Sequence record: DRR378314_1610
Reading direction: 5' to 3' (one strand)
Length of the DNA: 53,425 nt
The position numbers and the translations under genes were made by a program. Positions 9,576 through 18,315 of the stretch are shown here, piece by piece; the first letter of the stretch is position 1; each line of letters opens with the position of its first letter. Below the pieces are notes generated by a model. The model saw only the letters and a list, made by a program, of their open reading frames with translations. It was not told where the DNA came from and searched no databases.

Positions 9576-9736
9576 GGAGCAAATCCGGGGCCAGTTCAAA
9601 TTAACCCCTGCAAAACAATCGTTTAACCGACATTCCGAGTCTTTCCCGAAAACGTGACATTCCCCAACGTTTTCCTTCTGTCAAAAAAACCGACGTTTTC
9701 GGATTTCCAATTGGTGATCTGGATACCGTTCTTGCC

Positions 9737-9772
9737 TGTTACCAAGTGTTACTCTTTCCGCCAGTTTGTTAC
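9737..9772 (+). promoter_or_regulatory. Helically phased TGTTAC direct repeats upstream of the TPR/ExbBD operon
   Basis: TGTTAC at 9737, 9747 and 9767 (10 and 20 bp spacing). Confidence 0.45.
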
Positions 9773-9798
9773 AGAACATTGCAAGAGGCAGGAAGCGT

Positions 9799-10359
9799 AT
9801 GGTCGCCGGAGCGCAGCGAACAGTAACGGTTGGGCGCCAGGTCGTGGTGGCGGGGCCAGTCACCGTGGCAGTGATGGTGTTGTGTCTGCTCGGTTTGGCA
9901 CGCGGCGCCTTCGCGGAGTCGCTGGATCATGAGATAGACCGCCTGAAAGCCGATGTGGCGGACCTCAGCCAGACCTTGTACGAACTGGAGGAGAGCGTCC
10001 TCTATCCCGTCGATACGCAAGTGGCAGTTTTCCTGACACTCGAAAAAAAGGAAGGGCTGGATCTCGACTCCGTGGAGCTTTATCTGAACGGAACACCGGT
10101 CGCTTCACACCTTTATACCGATCGGGAACGTGACTCTCTGAAGCAGGGCGGCGTCCAGCGTCTGTACATTGGAAACCTGCCACACGGCTCCCATCGGTTA
10201 AAAGCCGTACTGACAGCCCGGTCGGCGAATGAGCGGTTTGTTCGCCGGGAGGCCACCCACCAGTTCCGGAAGCGGCCCGGCGAATCCCGCATACAGTTGA
10301 CTCTGGATGCCGCTGCGCCTGATTACGAGCCGGTTGTATCCTTCCGGGAATGGAAGTAG
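9799..10359 (+). CDS. Exported coiled-coil plus beta-sandwich protein, first gene of the Agl/Glt-like operon
   Basis: Signal peptide ending AFA, short coiled coil, beta-rich domain (LDSVELYLNG, GGVQRLYIGNL); no HTH visible. Confidence 0.75.
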   Translation: MVAGAQRTVTVGRQVVVAGPVTVAVMVLCLLGLARGAFAESLDHEIDRLKADVADLSQTLYELEESVLYPVDTQVAVFLTLEKKEGLDLDSVELYLNGTPVASHLYTDRERDSLKQGGVQRLYIGNLPHGSHRLKAVLTARSANERFVRREATHQFRKRPGESRIQLTLDAAAPDYEPVVSFREWK

Positions 10360-10365
10360 GGCGTA

Positions 10366-12018
10366 ATGATGGCCTTGCCCGCAAAACTTCGAAAAGTCAG
10401 CGCTCTGCTGGCCCTCTGTCTGACCATGGCGCTTACCCCGGGGGTGGCAGTCGGTGTCGGCAACGATGACCTGGCCTCTTTACGGTCGGGGCTGGCGCGG
10501 TTCGCGCTGGACGCCGGCGATCCTGCCGCAGCGCTGCGTTACACCCGGAATGCCGTTACAGAGCTCGATCGTCTGGTCCGTGCCAAAGCACTTATGGTCA
10601 CAGGCAATGGTCAGCAGGCTGAACCACTGCTGAAGGCACTGCTCGAAGGTCAATATTACCGTGGGCGGGCGGCGTTGTTACTGGCGGACCTGGATGGGGA
10701 CACCGATGACAGTGGAGTCCGTGAGTACCTTGAAACCGCCGCAAGGCTGGGCAATGGCAATGCCCGGCAAAAGGCGCTCTATCGGTTGGCCGAAATTGAG
10801 CGGCAAGCAGGGCACACTGACCGCGCCGGGAAGGTATTGGCTACCATGGAGCCCGGATATTGGGCGGCGTTGGGCTACATGAATATGGCGGCTGACTATG
10901 GCAAGCAGGATAGGAGCCCCTCCCGAGCCCTGGTTGCACTTCGTGTGGCATTGGCGATGTCTGAGAAGGATGGCGATAGCCAGCGCAGTCAGGAGCTCAG
11001 AAGCCGCCTGCTGGTGCGGACTGGATACCTTGCGTACGAGCACGAGGACTACGAAAAGGCCATCGGGTTTCTGGAAAAGATACCGCTGGAAAGTTACAGC
11101 ACGCCCCATGGCCTGTATCTTCACGGGCTTGCGCTCTCTGCCAGTGGAAACCAGCGGGCGGCAATGCAGTCCTGGCACCGGGCCAAGAAATACCCACTGG
11201 CCTATCCCGGAGTGGCCGATGCCTGGCTAGGTACAGGCAGGGGATACGACCTGGCAGGCTACCTGGGGCAGGCCGGCGAGGCCTACCTTGCGGCCAACGC
11301 CTCCTATGAAAGCGAACGGGTGACGCTCCGCAAGTTGGCAGACCAGATTCGTCAAAAAGGCGCCTACCAGGCGTTGGTGCTGGATGCGCGTAATTCCGAA
11401 GCACAGTGGTTCCTGGCGGACAATCGTACGCTTACCCAGCCCCGTACCGCTTATCTTCTTCGCTTCATGGAAGGAAGTAGCGCCCAAGCTGCCGTCAAAC
11501 GTGTGGCTGAACTGAGAGACATGAAGCAAACGCTGGATCAGCGTGAAGACAGTCTTGTGGTTTTCCGGGGCGCCATCAGCGAGCGTTCGGGGCCCGTTAC
11601 CAACGACATCGCTGCTCACGCCTTCGGGGGCGACATTGAAGCGTTGACGCAACGAATCGCCACCCTGAAAGACCGTACCGAGTCATCCGCCCAACGAGAT
11701 GAACTCAAAGGCGCGGCCCGGACACTCGCCGATGTGAAAGCGTCGATCGCCAGGCTTGAGAGCCGATTGGACGAAAAGGACCGCACGCTAGAGCTGTTGA
11801 TGGCTCGAACCGATCAGGCATTGGAGCGCTTGCGGGCGATTCGTAGCACGGCCGACGCCCTGCTTGGCAAGGCAGAGTCGGTTCTGGATGAGAGAGCGCT
11901 GGCCTATGTCGAAGAACAGGACCATCGCATGGCGTTTGCGCTGGATCGGACAGAGCAGCAGGTTGCCCATCTCTACGAGTACCTGGCCCTGGAAAACCTT
12001 GAGCGGGGGCAGCCATGA
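10366..12018 (+). CDS. Exported TPR/coiled-coil protein (GltC-like)
   Basis: Signal peptide, TPR-like helical repeats, long C-terminal coiled coil. Confidence 0.75.
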   Translation: MMALPAKLRKVSALLALCLTMALTPGVAVGVGNDDLASLRSGLARFALDAGDPAAALRYTRNAVTELDRLVRAKALMVTGNGQQAEPLLKALLEGQYYRGRAALLLADLDGDTDDSGVREYLETAARLGNGNARQKALYRLAEIERQAGHTDRAGKVLATMEPGYWAALGYMNMAADYGKQDRSPSRALVALRVALAMSEKDGDSQRSQELRSRLLVRTGYLAYEHEDYEKAIGFLEKIPLESYSTPHGLYLHGLALSASGNQRAAMQSWHRAKKYPLAYPGVADAWLGTGRGYDLAGYLGQAGEAYLAANASYESERVTLRKLADQIRQKGAYQALVLDARNSEAQWFLADNRTLTQPRTAYLLRFMEGSSAQAAVKRVAELRDMKQTLDQREDSLVVFRGAISERSGPVTNDIAAHAFGGDIEALTQRIATLKDRTESSAQRDELKGAARTLADVKASIARLESRLDEKDRTLELLMARTDQALERLRAIRSTADALLGKAESVLDERALAYVEEQDHRMAFALDRTEQQVAHLYEYLALENLERGQP

Positions 12019-14810
12019 AACCGGTCGTGTTAATTTCCCTGACGGTCATGCTGACCTGCGTAGCGGCGACCGTCCATGCCCAGGAATCCTTCCGGGTAGA
12101 GCTCGGTCGCGACGGCGAAACCATTGCCGACATGCGCCCGGTTTTCCTGGAGTTTGAATCCCGCCCGATGCCGGCCATCTCGCCCATGGAAGTCGCCCGC
12201 CGATACCAGCGTCTTTTTGAACATTCTGATGAGCCCGAGGTGCGCATCGACGCGCTTAACCGGCTGTCCAATATCCAGAATGTGACGGACGAAGACGTCA
12301 GCTTCAGTGAGGAGCGCGAGCAGCAGGTCTACCGACAGGCGCTGGAAAGCTACGAATCCATTCTCGACAGGGGCGCCTATCAGGGCCGGCTGGACGAGCT
12401 GCTCTACCAGATGGCCAAGGCCCATGCCTATACCGGGCAGGCGGAGCAGTCCATCGACCGGCTGCGCCAACTGGTTGGCCTCTATCCTTCCTCCTCTCTG
12501 GTTCCGGAGGCTCGTTTCCGAATTGCGGAGTCTGCCTTTTCGGCGGGCGACTACGCGATGGCTGAATCGGAATATAGCCGCGTAATCTCCGGCGATGGCG
12601 CAGACAGTCTGAAAACCAAAGCCCGTTATATGCAGGGTTGGAGTCAGTTCAAGCAAGGCCCCGCAGCGTGGCGAAGGGCGGGCGAGACATTTCTGGCCGT
12701 ATTGGATGGGTTCGGTGCGCAAACCGGTGGGTTCCGCCGTATCCCCGCCAACGATGCCGAGCTGATTGACGACACCTTCCGGATTGTCGCCTTGATGGCG
12801 GCTGAAGACAGGGGTATTGAGTCCCTGGCCAGCTGGCTGGGCCAGGTGGGCGGCAAGGACTACGGATACCTGTTATACGATCGGCTGGCGGACTACTACG
12901 CCAGTCAGCGGCGTTATGATGACAGCGTGGCGGTTAACGAAGCCTTTGTCAGCGCTTACGCCTCGCATAACGTCGTTCCAGCCTTCTTGGCTCAGAACGT
13001 AGACGTCTGGCGCATGGCCGGGCGAACCTCCCGCGCGAGGGAGGCCAGAGCCGGGTATGTCAGGGCATTTTCCAGCGATGCTCGTTACCAGCCGCTCGCC
13101 GGCGCTGATCGGGAGCGCTGGCGGGATTTCAGTCGCTCGCTGGCGGATTATCATTATGACCAGGCCGAAAACGCCCAGGCGGGGGCACGGGCAGAGTCTT
13201 TTCTCCTGGCTGCGGGCTTTTACAGTCAACTGGCTCACCGAAGTCACCAGAGTGGAGAGATTCTTCGCCTTGCCGGCGATGCGTTCCTGCAGGCCGGTCA
13301 CCACAGTGACGCCTTCGAGCACTATCAGCAGGCAGCTTATGACACCGAAGGGTATGCGGCAGCAGCGGATGCCGCGTGGGCGGCGATACTGATTCAGCGT
13401 GATGCGCTGGACGGTCAGAATTCGCTGCCCGCGACCCTGGACGACCTCGCATCCGCAACTGACCGATTCGCCTCTGGGTTTCCTTCAGACGAGCGACAGC
13501 CGGGGCTGGCCGCTGATATCTCTAACCGAATGCTCGCGCGTAACCGTCATGCCGAGGCCCTCCGGTTTGCTGAGGTTGCCATAACTCATCCGTCTGCCAG
13601 CACAGCCGAGCGGTACAGCGCATGGGTGGCTACCGGAGAGGCACACGTGGCGATGGAATCGTTCGGGCCCGCTGAGAATGCGTGGCGTAAGTCACTGACG
13701 CTGATCACCGGCGGGGCATTGCAGGGGAAACAGGCCCAGGACGTTGGCGGCCTGCAACGGCAGTTGGCCAGCAGCATCTATTACCAGGGTGAGAAAGCCG
13801 CGAACGAGGGCCGTATCGACACTGCCGTGGCGCATTTTCAGCGTGTGGAGTCGGCCCTTCCGGGCTCGGACATTGCGATCAAGGGGCGTTACGACGCAGC
13901 GAATACGCTGCTAACGGCCGAGCGCTGGCAGGCTGCTGTTAATGAACTGACCCGGTTTCGTCAGGATTACCCGCGACATGATCTCACCAAGTCCTTGAGT
14001 GAAAAACTGGTGTTTGCCTATCAGTCATCGGGCCAGCCGGTGCGGGCGGCGGATGAAATCATGGCGGCCTCGGGGGAGGGGGTGCCGTCCTGGGAACAGC
14101 AGTTGCGGGCAGCAGAGCTATACCACCAGGCGGAGGCCCACGAGCGCCGTAATCGCATCTATGTCGAATGGTTGAATCGCGACTCTGCCGGTGCCAACGA
14201 CTCCGACAGTCATATCCGCAACCAGACCCTGCGCCACCGTCTTGTGCTCGACGATGTGGAGCCGCGCCGATATAGAAGCGAGCTGGTAAAGCAGGAACTC
14301 GACAGCCAATGGCACTCGGAAGACACGCTCGCCTGGGCTGGGCGGGCTGCCATTGTGCTTGCTGAGGAGGAGTCGAAGCGGTTTGCCGGTGTTGCATTGC
14401 AGGTTCCCCTGGCCGAATCCCTGACGCGTAAACAGTCGGCCCTTGCGGCTGCGCGGGAACGTCTTTCGCAGGCCGAGAAGTTGGCCGGTGAGGGAGTGCT
14501 CTCGGAAATTCTGTTTCGTCGTGCGGAGTTGTACCGGGTGATGGCACAGGATCTCATGGCGTCTGAAGCGCCCGAGGAACTGAGCGACCTGGAAGCAGCC
14601 CAGTACCGGATGTTGCTTGAAGAGGAAGCCTTTCCGTTCGAGGAAAAAGCGATTGATTTGCACGCACGGAATCATCAGCGTCTTGCGGAAGGCCGGTTTG
14701 ACGAGTGGATAGAGCGCAGTCTGCAGGTCTTAGCCGACCTGTTTCCTGGCCGCTACGACCGGGAGGTACGTTGGATGACCTGGAACGAGGAGACAAACGA
14801 TGGCGCCTGA
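12015..14810 (+). CDS. Large periplasmic TPR protein (GltD/AgmU-like)
   Basis: Signal peptide ending VHA, many TPRs (LLYQMAKAH, EARFRIAE, KARYMQGWSQFK), C-terminal APEELSDLEAAQYRMLLEEEAFPFEEKAI. Confidence 0.8.
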   Translation: MKPVVLISLTVMLTCVAATVHAQESFRVELGRDGETIADMRPVFLEFESRPMPAISPMEVARRYQRLFEHSDEPEVRIDALNRLSNIQNVTDEDVSFSEEREQQVYRQALESYESILDRGAYQGRLDELLYQMAKAHAYTGQAEQSIDRLRQLVGLYPSSSLVPEARFRIAESAFSAGDYAMAESEYSRVISGDGADSLKTKARYMQGWSQFKQGPAAWRRAGETFLAVLDGFGAQTGGFRRIPANDAELIDDTFRIVALMAAEDRGIESLASWLGQVGGKDYGYLLYDRLADYYASQRRYDDSVAVNEAFVSAYASHNVVPAFLAQNVDVWRMAGRTSRAREARAGYVRAFSSDARYQPLAGADRERWRDFSRSLADYHYDQAENAQAGARAESFLLAAGFYSQLAHRSHQSGEILRLAGDAFLQAGHHSDAFEHYQQAAYDTEGYAAAADAAWAAILIQRDALDGQNSLPATLDDLASATDRFASGFPSDERQPGLAADISNRMLARNRHAEALRFAEVAITHPSASTAERYSAWVATGEAHVAMESFGPAENAWRKSLTLITGGALQGKQAQDVGGLQRQLASSIYYQGEKAANEGRIDTAVAHFQRVESALPGSDIAIKGRYDAANTLLTAERWQAAVNELTRFRQDYPRHDLTKSLSEKLVFAYQSSGQPVRAADEIMAASGEGVPSWEQQLRAAELYHQAEAHERRNRIYVEWLNRDSAGANDSDSHIRNQTLRHRLVLDDVEPRRYRSELVKQELDSQWHSEDTLAWAGRAAIVLAEEESKRFAGVALQVPLAESLTRKQSALAAARERLSQAEKLAGEGVLSEILFRRAELYRVMAQDLMASEAPEELSDLEAAQYRMLLEEEAFPFEEKAIDLHARNHQRLAEGRFDEWIERSLQVLADLFPGRYDREVRWMTWNEETNDGA

Positions 14811-15273
14811 TACTACGGTACGCGCAGTTCTGTTTACGAGTTGCCTTGCGCTGTTGATAGTGGGGTGCGCCAGCCAACCCAAACCGGAGCCAACGGTTGT
14901 CAACACGGCCGAGGCTCGCGAACTGGTGCGTCAGGCCTGGGAGGCTCACCAGCAGGGGCGCACGAACGATGCTCTCGAACGATATCGCCAGGCCTTCAAG
15001 CTCGACCCGGGCAATGCACTCACGGCCAACAACCTTGCCTTGATGCTGCGTGAGCAGGGGCGCTTTGACGAGGCAGTGAGGGTGCTTGAGCAGGGGCTCA
15101 GGCATTCCCCGAATACCGCCGAATTGCATTACAACCTCGCCGTTATCTCCGAGTTGTATCTTCTCGATCTGGACGGCGCACTGTCCCATTACCGCCGCTA
15201 CCGCGAATTGGCTGGTACCGAAGAGAGGCAGGTTGCCGGTTGGATTGCAGACCTGGAACGGAGGCTGGACTAA
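14800..15273 (+). CDS. TPR lipoprotein (GltE-like)
   Basis: Lipobox IVG-C (Cys23), about three TPRs (ANNLALMLREQG, LHYNLAVISELY). Confidence 0.8.
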   Translation: MAPDTTVRAVLFTSCLALLIVGCASQPKPEPTVVNTAEARELVRQAWEAHQQGRTNDALERYRQAFKLDPGNALTANNLALMLREQGRFDEAVRVLEQGLRHSPNTAELHYNLAVISELYLLDLDGALSHYRRYRELAGTEERQVAGWIADLERRLD

Positions 15274-15624
15274 ATGTGTGTTGTTCGAGGATTGGCGGCT
15301 TCCGGGCTGCTATTGATGCTGGTTACGTTGCCGGTCTCTGCGGAGAAGGGGCCTGAATCGCCGGCTGCTGCCGCGACAGACGCTCAGGAAAGCACCGTTG
15401 CCCTGGGTGTGGAAGGCATCACCCGGCACACCGGGGACGACGACCCCGGCGTGCTCTATATCCTGCCCTGGCAACCACCCACGTTACCCCGCCGGTCACG
15501 CGCCGAACTGGGCGCCGGCAGTGATGAATTGCTCACACCCAAGGACCCGTTGACCCTTGAACGTCATCGGATGTTTCGCGAAACCCTGAATCCGTCCATG
15601 GATTCCACCCTTTCCCTGCAGTAG
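15274..15624 (+). CDS. Small exported protein (GltF/CglF-like)
   Basis: Signal peptide; TGDDDPGVLYILPWQ motif; sits between the TPR lipoprotein and the motor genes. Confidence 0.6.
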   Translation: MCVVRGLAASGLLLMLVTLPVSAEKGPESPAAAATDAQESTVALGVEGITRHTGDDDPGVLYILPWQPPTLPRRSRAELGAGSDELLTPKDPLTLERHRMFRETLNPSMDSTLSLQ

Positions 15625-15634
15625 AACCGGGAGT

Positions 15635-16285
15635 ATGAATATGCTGGAAACTGTTGTTCGTTTTTTTCAGGAAGGTGGTCCCTTCATGTACCCAATTGCC
15701 ATCGTACTGGCCGTTGGGCTGGCGATTACCATTGAGCGCTTCCTGTATCTTGCCTCGGTGCGTCGACGGAATCGGCTGGCGTTCGAGAAGGGCATACTGC
15801 CGTTGCTGAGGAAGCGGGACTATCAGCGTGCGATGAAGGCTGCGACGAGCTCGGACAGCGCCATCGCGTCTATCATGAGTGCCGGCATCGGTAGACTGTT
15901 GAATAATCACCCCCGGGAAGACGTCGAGTACGCCATGGAAGAGGGGTTGATGGAAGTCCTGCCACGCCTTGAAAAACGCACCCAATACCTGGCGACACTG
16001 GCCAACATTGCCACGCTCCTTGGGCTGTTGGGCACGATCATTGGCCTGATTGCCGCGTTCACGGCGGTGGCGGCCGCTGATCCTTCCCAAAAAGCCTCGC
16101 TGTTGTCGGAAAGCATCTCGGTTGCCATGAACACCACGGCGTTCGGGTTGATGTCAGCTATTCCCCTGCTGATGTTCCACGCATTACTGCAGACCCGTAC
16201 CAATGAAATTGTTGACAGTTTCGAGATGGCCGGTGTGAAGCTGTTGAATATTATTTCCGAGCAGCCCGCCCCCCGATCCGCCTGA
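15635..16285 (+). CDS. MotA/TolQ/ExbB proton-channel protein (AglR-like)
   Basis: GGPFMYPI TM1; LATLANIATLLGLLGTIIGLI and ISVAMNTTAFGL TM2/TM3. Confidence 0.92.
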   Translation: MNMLETVVRFFQEGGPFMYPIAIVLAVGLAITIERFLYLASVRRRNRLAFEKGILPLLRKRDYQRAMKAATSSDSAIASIMSAGIGRLLNNHPREDVEYAMEEGLMEVLPRLEKRTQYLATLANIATLLGLLGTIIGLIAAFTAVAAADPSQKASLLSESISVAMNTTAFGLMSAIPLLMFHALLQTRTNEIVDSFEMAGVKLLNIISEQPAPRSA

Positions 16286-16301
16286 ACCAGGGTTTTGCCG
16301 A

Positions 16302-16817
16302 ATGAGACGAAAGCATCGCAGGCTTGTGAGCAATCCGGAACTGGATATTACGCCGTTCCTGAACCTGATGATTGTGCTTGTCCCGGTATTGCTGCTGGGC
16401 ATGGTCTTCAGCCAGATTCGAATGATTGAGCTGAACTTTCCCGGAATGAACGCGGGCGAGGCGCCTGAGGCGGACGAACTGCGCCTGGTCGTGGCGCTGA
16501 TGCCTCAGGGGCTGGAGGTGCTGGACAGCCAACGCGGGGTGATACGAACGCTACCACTGATGGAGGGCGAACAGGATTTTAATGGCCTGAGGGAAACCCT
16601 CAAACGGATCAAGAAGCGTGTGCCAGAGAAGACCGATATCATCCTTGAGGTAAGCCCGGACATCGATTATCAGACGCTGGTGACCGCAATGGACACGGTT
16701 CGATCTTACCCGGCGGTCGTTGCAGCCAGTGTGGTGGAGGGTGAGCTCTTTCCGGACGTAGCCCTGGCGGACGCACCTGAAAACCGGACGCTATCCGGCG
16801 TAGGGGAGGGCGTATGA
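16302..16817 (+). CDS. ExbD/TolR-family protein with Asn at the conserved Asp position
   Basis: ELDITPFLNLMIVLVPVLL single TM; C-terminal PDIDYQTLVTAMD. Confidence 0.88.
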   Translation: MRRKHRRLVSNPELDITPFLNLMIVLVPVLLLGMVFSQIRMIELNFPGMNAGEAPEADELRLVVALMPQGLEVLDSQRGVIRTLPLMEGEQDFNGLRETLKRIKKRVPEKTDIILEVSPDIDYQTLVTAMDTVRSYPAVVAASVVEGELFPDVALADAPENRTLSGVGEGV

Positions 16818-17308
16818 AAAGCTCGCGCCGAGCTCGTCGGATTCAGCGACATTACGGCCGTATGCACCGGCCTGGCGGCTTGAACCTGGTTTCCCTGATG
16901 GACATCTTCACCATTCTCGTGTTCTTCCTGATGGTGAATTCATCCGATGTGAAGGTTATGCAGAACACGGCCGATGTTCCGTTGCCGCAATCGACGGCGG
17001 AAAAGGCAGCGACTGAAACTCTGATCGTCCAGGTGGCTGGCCGGTCCATTCTTGTCCAGGGCCGGGAAGTTGCGCGACTGGATGGCATTGAAACCGGTGA
17101 CCGTACGATTGGGGGATTGGCGGAGGAGCTCGCCTGGCTACGAAACCGGCGGGGCGCCGTACCAGATCAGGGCCATGAGGTAACCATCATGGCAGGGCGC
17201 GCCACCGATTACCGGCTGCTTAGAAAGGTCATGCAGACCTGTATTGACGAGGATTTCCGGCAGGTCAGGCTGGCTGTTGAGTCGGCAAAGGAGGTGAACA
17301 ATGGCTGA
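16814..17308 (+). CDS. ExbD/TolR-family protein retaining the TM Asp
   Basis: LNLVSLMDIFTILVFFL TM; C-terminal TDYRLLRKVMQTC; ATGA overlap with the previous gene. Confidence 0.88.
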   Translation: MKSSRRARRIQRHYGRMHRPGGLNLVSLMDIFTILVFFLMVNSSDVKVMQNTADVPLPQSTAEKAATETLIVQVAGRSILVQGREVARLDGIETGDRTIGGLAEELAWLRNRRGAVPDQGHEVTIMAGRATDYRLLRKVMQTCIDEDFRQVRLAVESAKEVNNG

Positions 17309-18287
17309 GCGCCAGAATCCTTCTACCAGGAAGCTTTCTTCCGGACTGCCATGGGGGGCGGAAAAGGGCGAGAACCGCCGCTTTTTGCTGGCGTTGCTGG
17401 TGATGCTGGCGGTCTTTCTGCCTCCCGCACTGCTTATACCGGCCCTTCAGCTCCCAGAGCCCGATCGTCACGAGGTGGAGAAAATACCCCCTCAATTGGC
17501 AAGATTGGTGGAGAAGCGCGAGGCTCCCAAGCCGGCGCCAGTACCGGAGGTAGAGCCAGAACCCGAGCCTGTACCTGATGAGCCAGAGCCTGATATTGAG
17601 CAACCCGAGGCGCCAGCTCCGGAGGTGGAGCAGGCGGCACCCACCCCTGAGCCCGCGCGCCCGACGCCCGCACCCTCGCAAACGGTGGAGCAGGCCAGGG
17701 AAACCGCTTCCAGGTCTGGCCTGATGGCGATGCAGGACCAGCTTGCCAGCATGCGGGCACAGGAATCTGAAACCGTGGACACTCTGTCCGCCAACGTTGA
17801 CGCTGATGGTGCGAGCAGCGGTGGAGATCCGTTTGGTGTCGAGGTCGACCCTGACACGGCTCTGGCCGGGAGCGGCGGCGTCACCCGTGAAGCAGCGCCT
17901 GAAAATGAGGTGGCGGTGGCTGGCCATCAGGTACGGGATGTCGACGTGGCGAAGGAAGCAGCGCCGGAACCCGCACCAGAGCCGTCTGGTGGGGCAGGCC
18001 AGCGGGGGATGAGTAACATCCGTCAGGTCTTCGATGCCCAGAAAACGTCACTCTATTCCCTCTATCGCCGTGAACTTCGGCAGGATCCAACGCTGGAAGG
18101 GAAGGTTATGCTGGAGTTGGTGATCGAGCCCGACGGCTCCGTGTCGAGGTGCGAGGTGGTCAGTTCCGAGCTCAGCAACGAGAGCCTGGAGCAACGAATT
18201 GCAATGCGAGTGCGCCTGTTCAATTTCGGCGAGGACGACGTGGAACCCAGGACGGTGCGGTTCCCTATCGATTTCCTGCCGGGGTAA
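17301..18287 (+). CDS. TonB-like energy transducer with AgmX/PglI-type C-terminal domain (GltG-like)
   Basis: N-terminal TM, Pro/Glu-rich linker, C-terminal YRRELRQDPTLEGKVMLELVIEPDGSV...FPIDFLP. Confidence 0.85.
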   Translation: MAERQNPSTRKLSSGLPWGAEKGENRRFLLALLVMLAVFLPPALLIPALQLPEPDRHEVEKIPPQLARLVEKREAPKPAPVPEVEPEPEPVPDEPEPDIEQPEAPAPEVEQAAPTPEPARPTPAPSQTVEQARETASRSGLMAMQDQLASMRAQESETVDTLSANVDADGASSGGDPFGVEVDPDTALAGSGGVTREAAPENEVAVAGHQVRDVDVAKEAAPEPAPEPSGGAGQRGMSNIRQVFDAQKTSLYSLYRRELRQDPTLEGKVMLELVIEPDGSVSRCEVVSSELSNESLEQRIAMRVRLFNFGEDDVEPRTVRFPIDFLPG

Positions 18288-18315
18288 TCGAGACAGCACC
18301 CGCACTCAATGGCAC

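Larger units (their letters stand above)
9493..9595 (-). ncRNA. Candidate small RNA (~100 nt)
   Basis: Minus-strand terminator with no minus-strand gene to serve; possible -10 TAATTT at 9598-9603; internal hairpins and an A-rich CCAATAAAAAC segment. Confidence 0.35.

Noticed and set aside
15635-18287. Ordinary TonB-ExbBD iron-uptake or Tol-Pal operon
   Set aside because: No receptor, Fur box, tolB or pal seen; two ExbD paralogs, large TPR partners and an AgmX/PglI-type C-domain argue otherwise.
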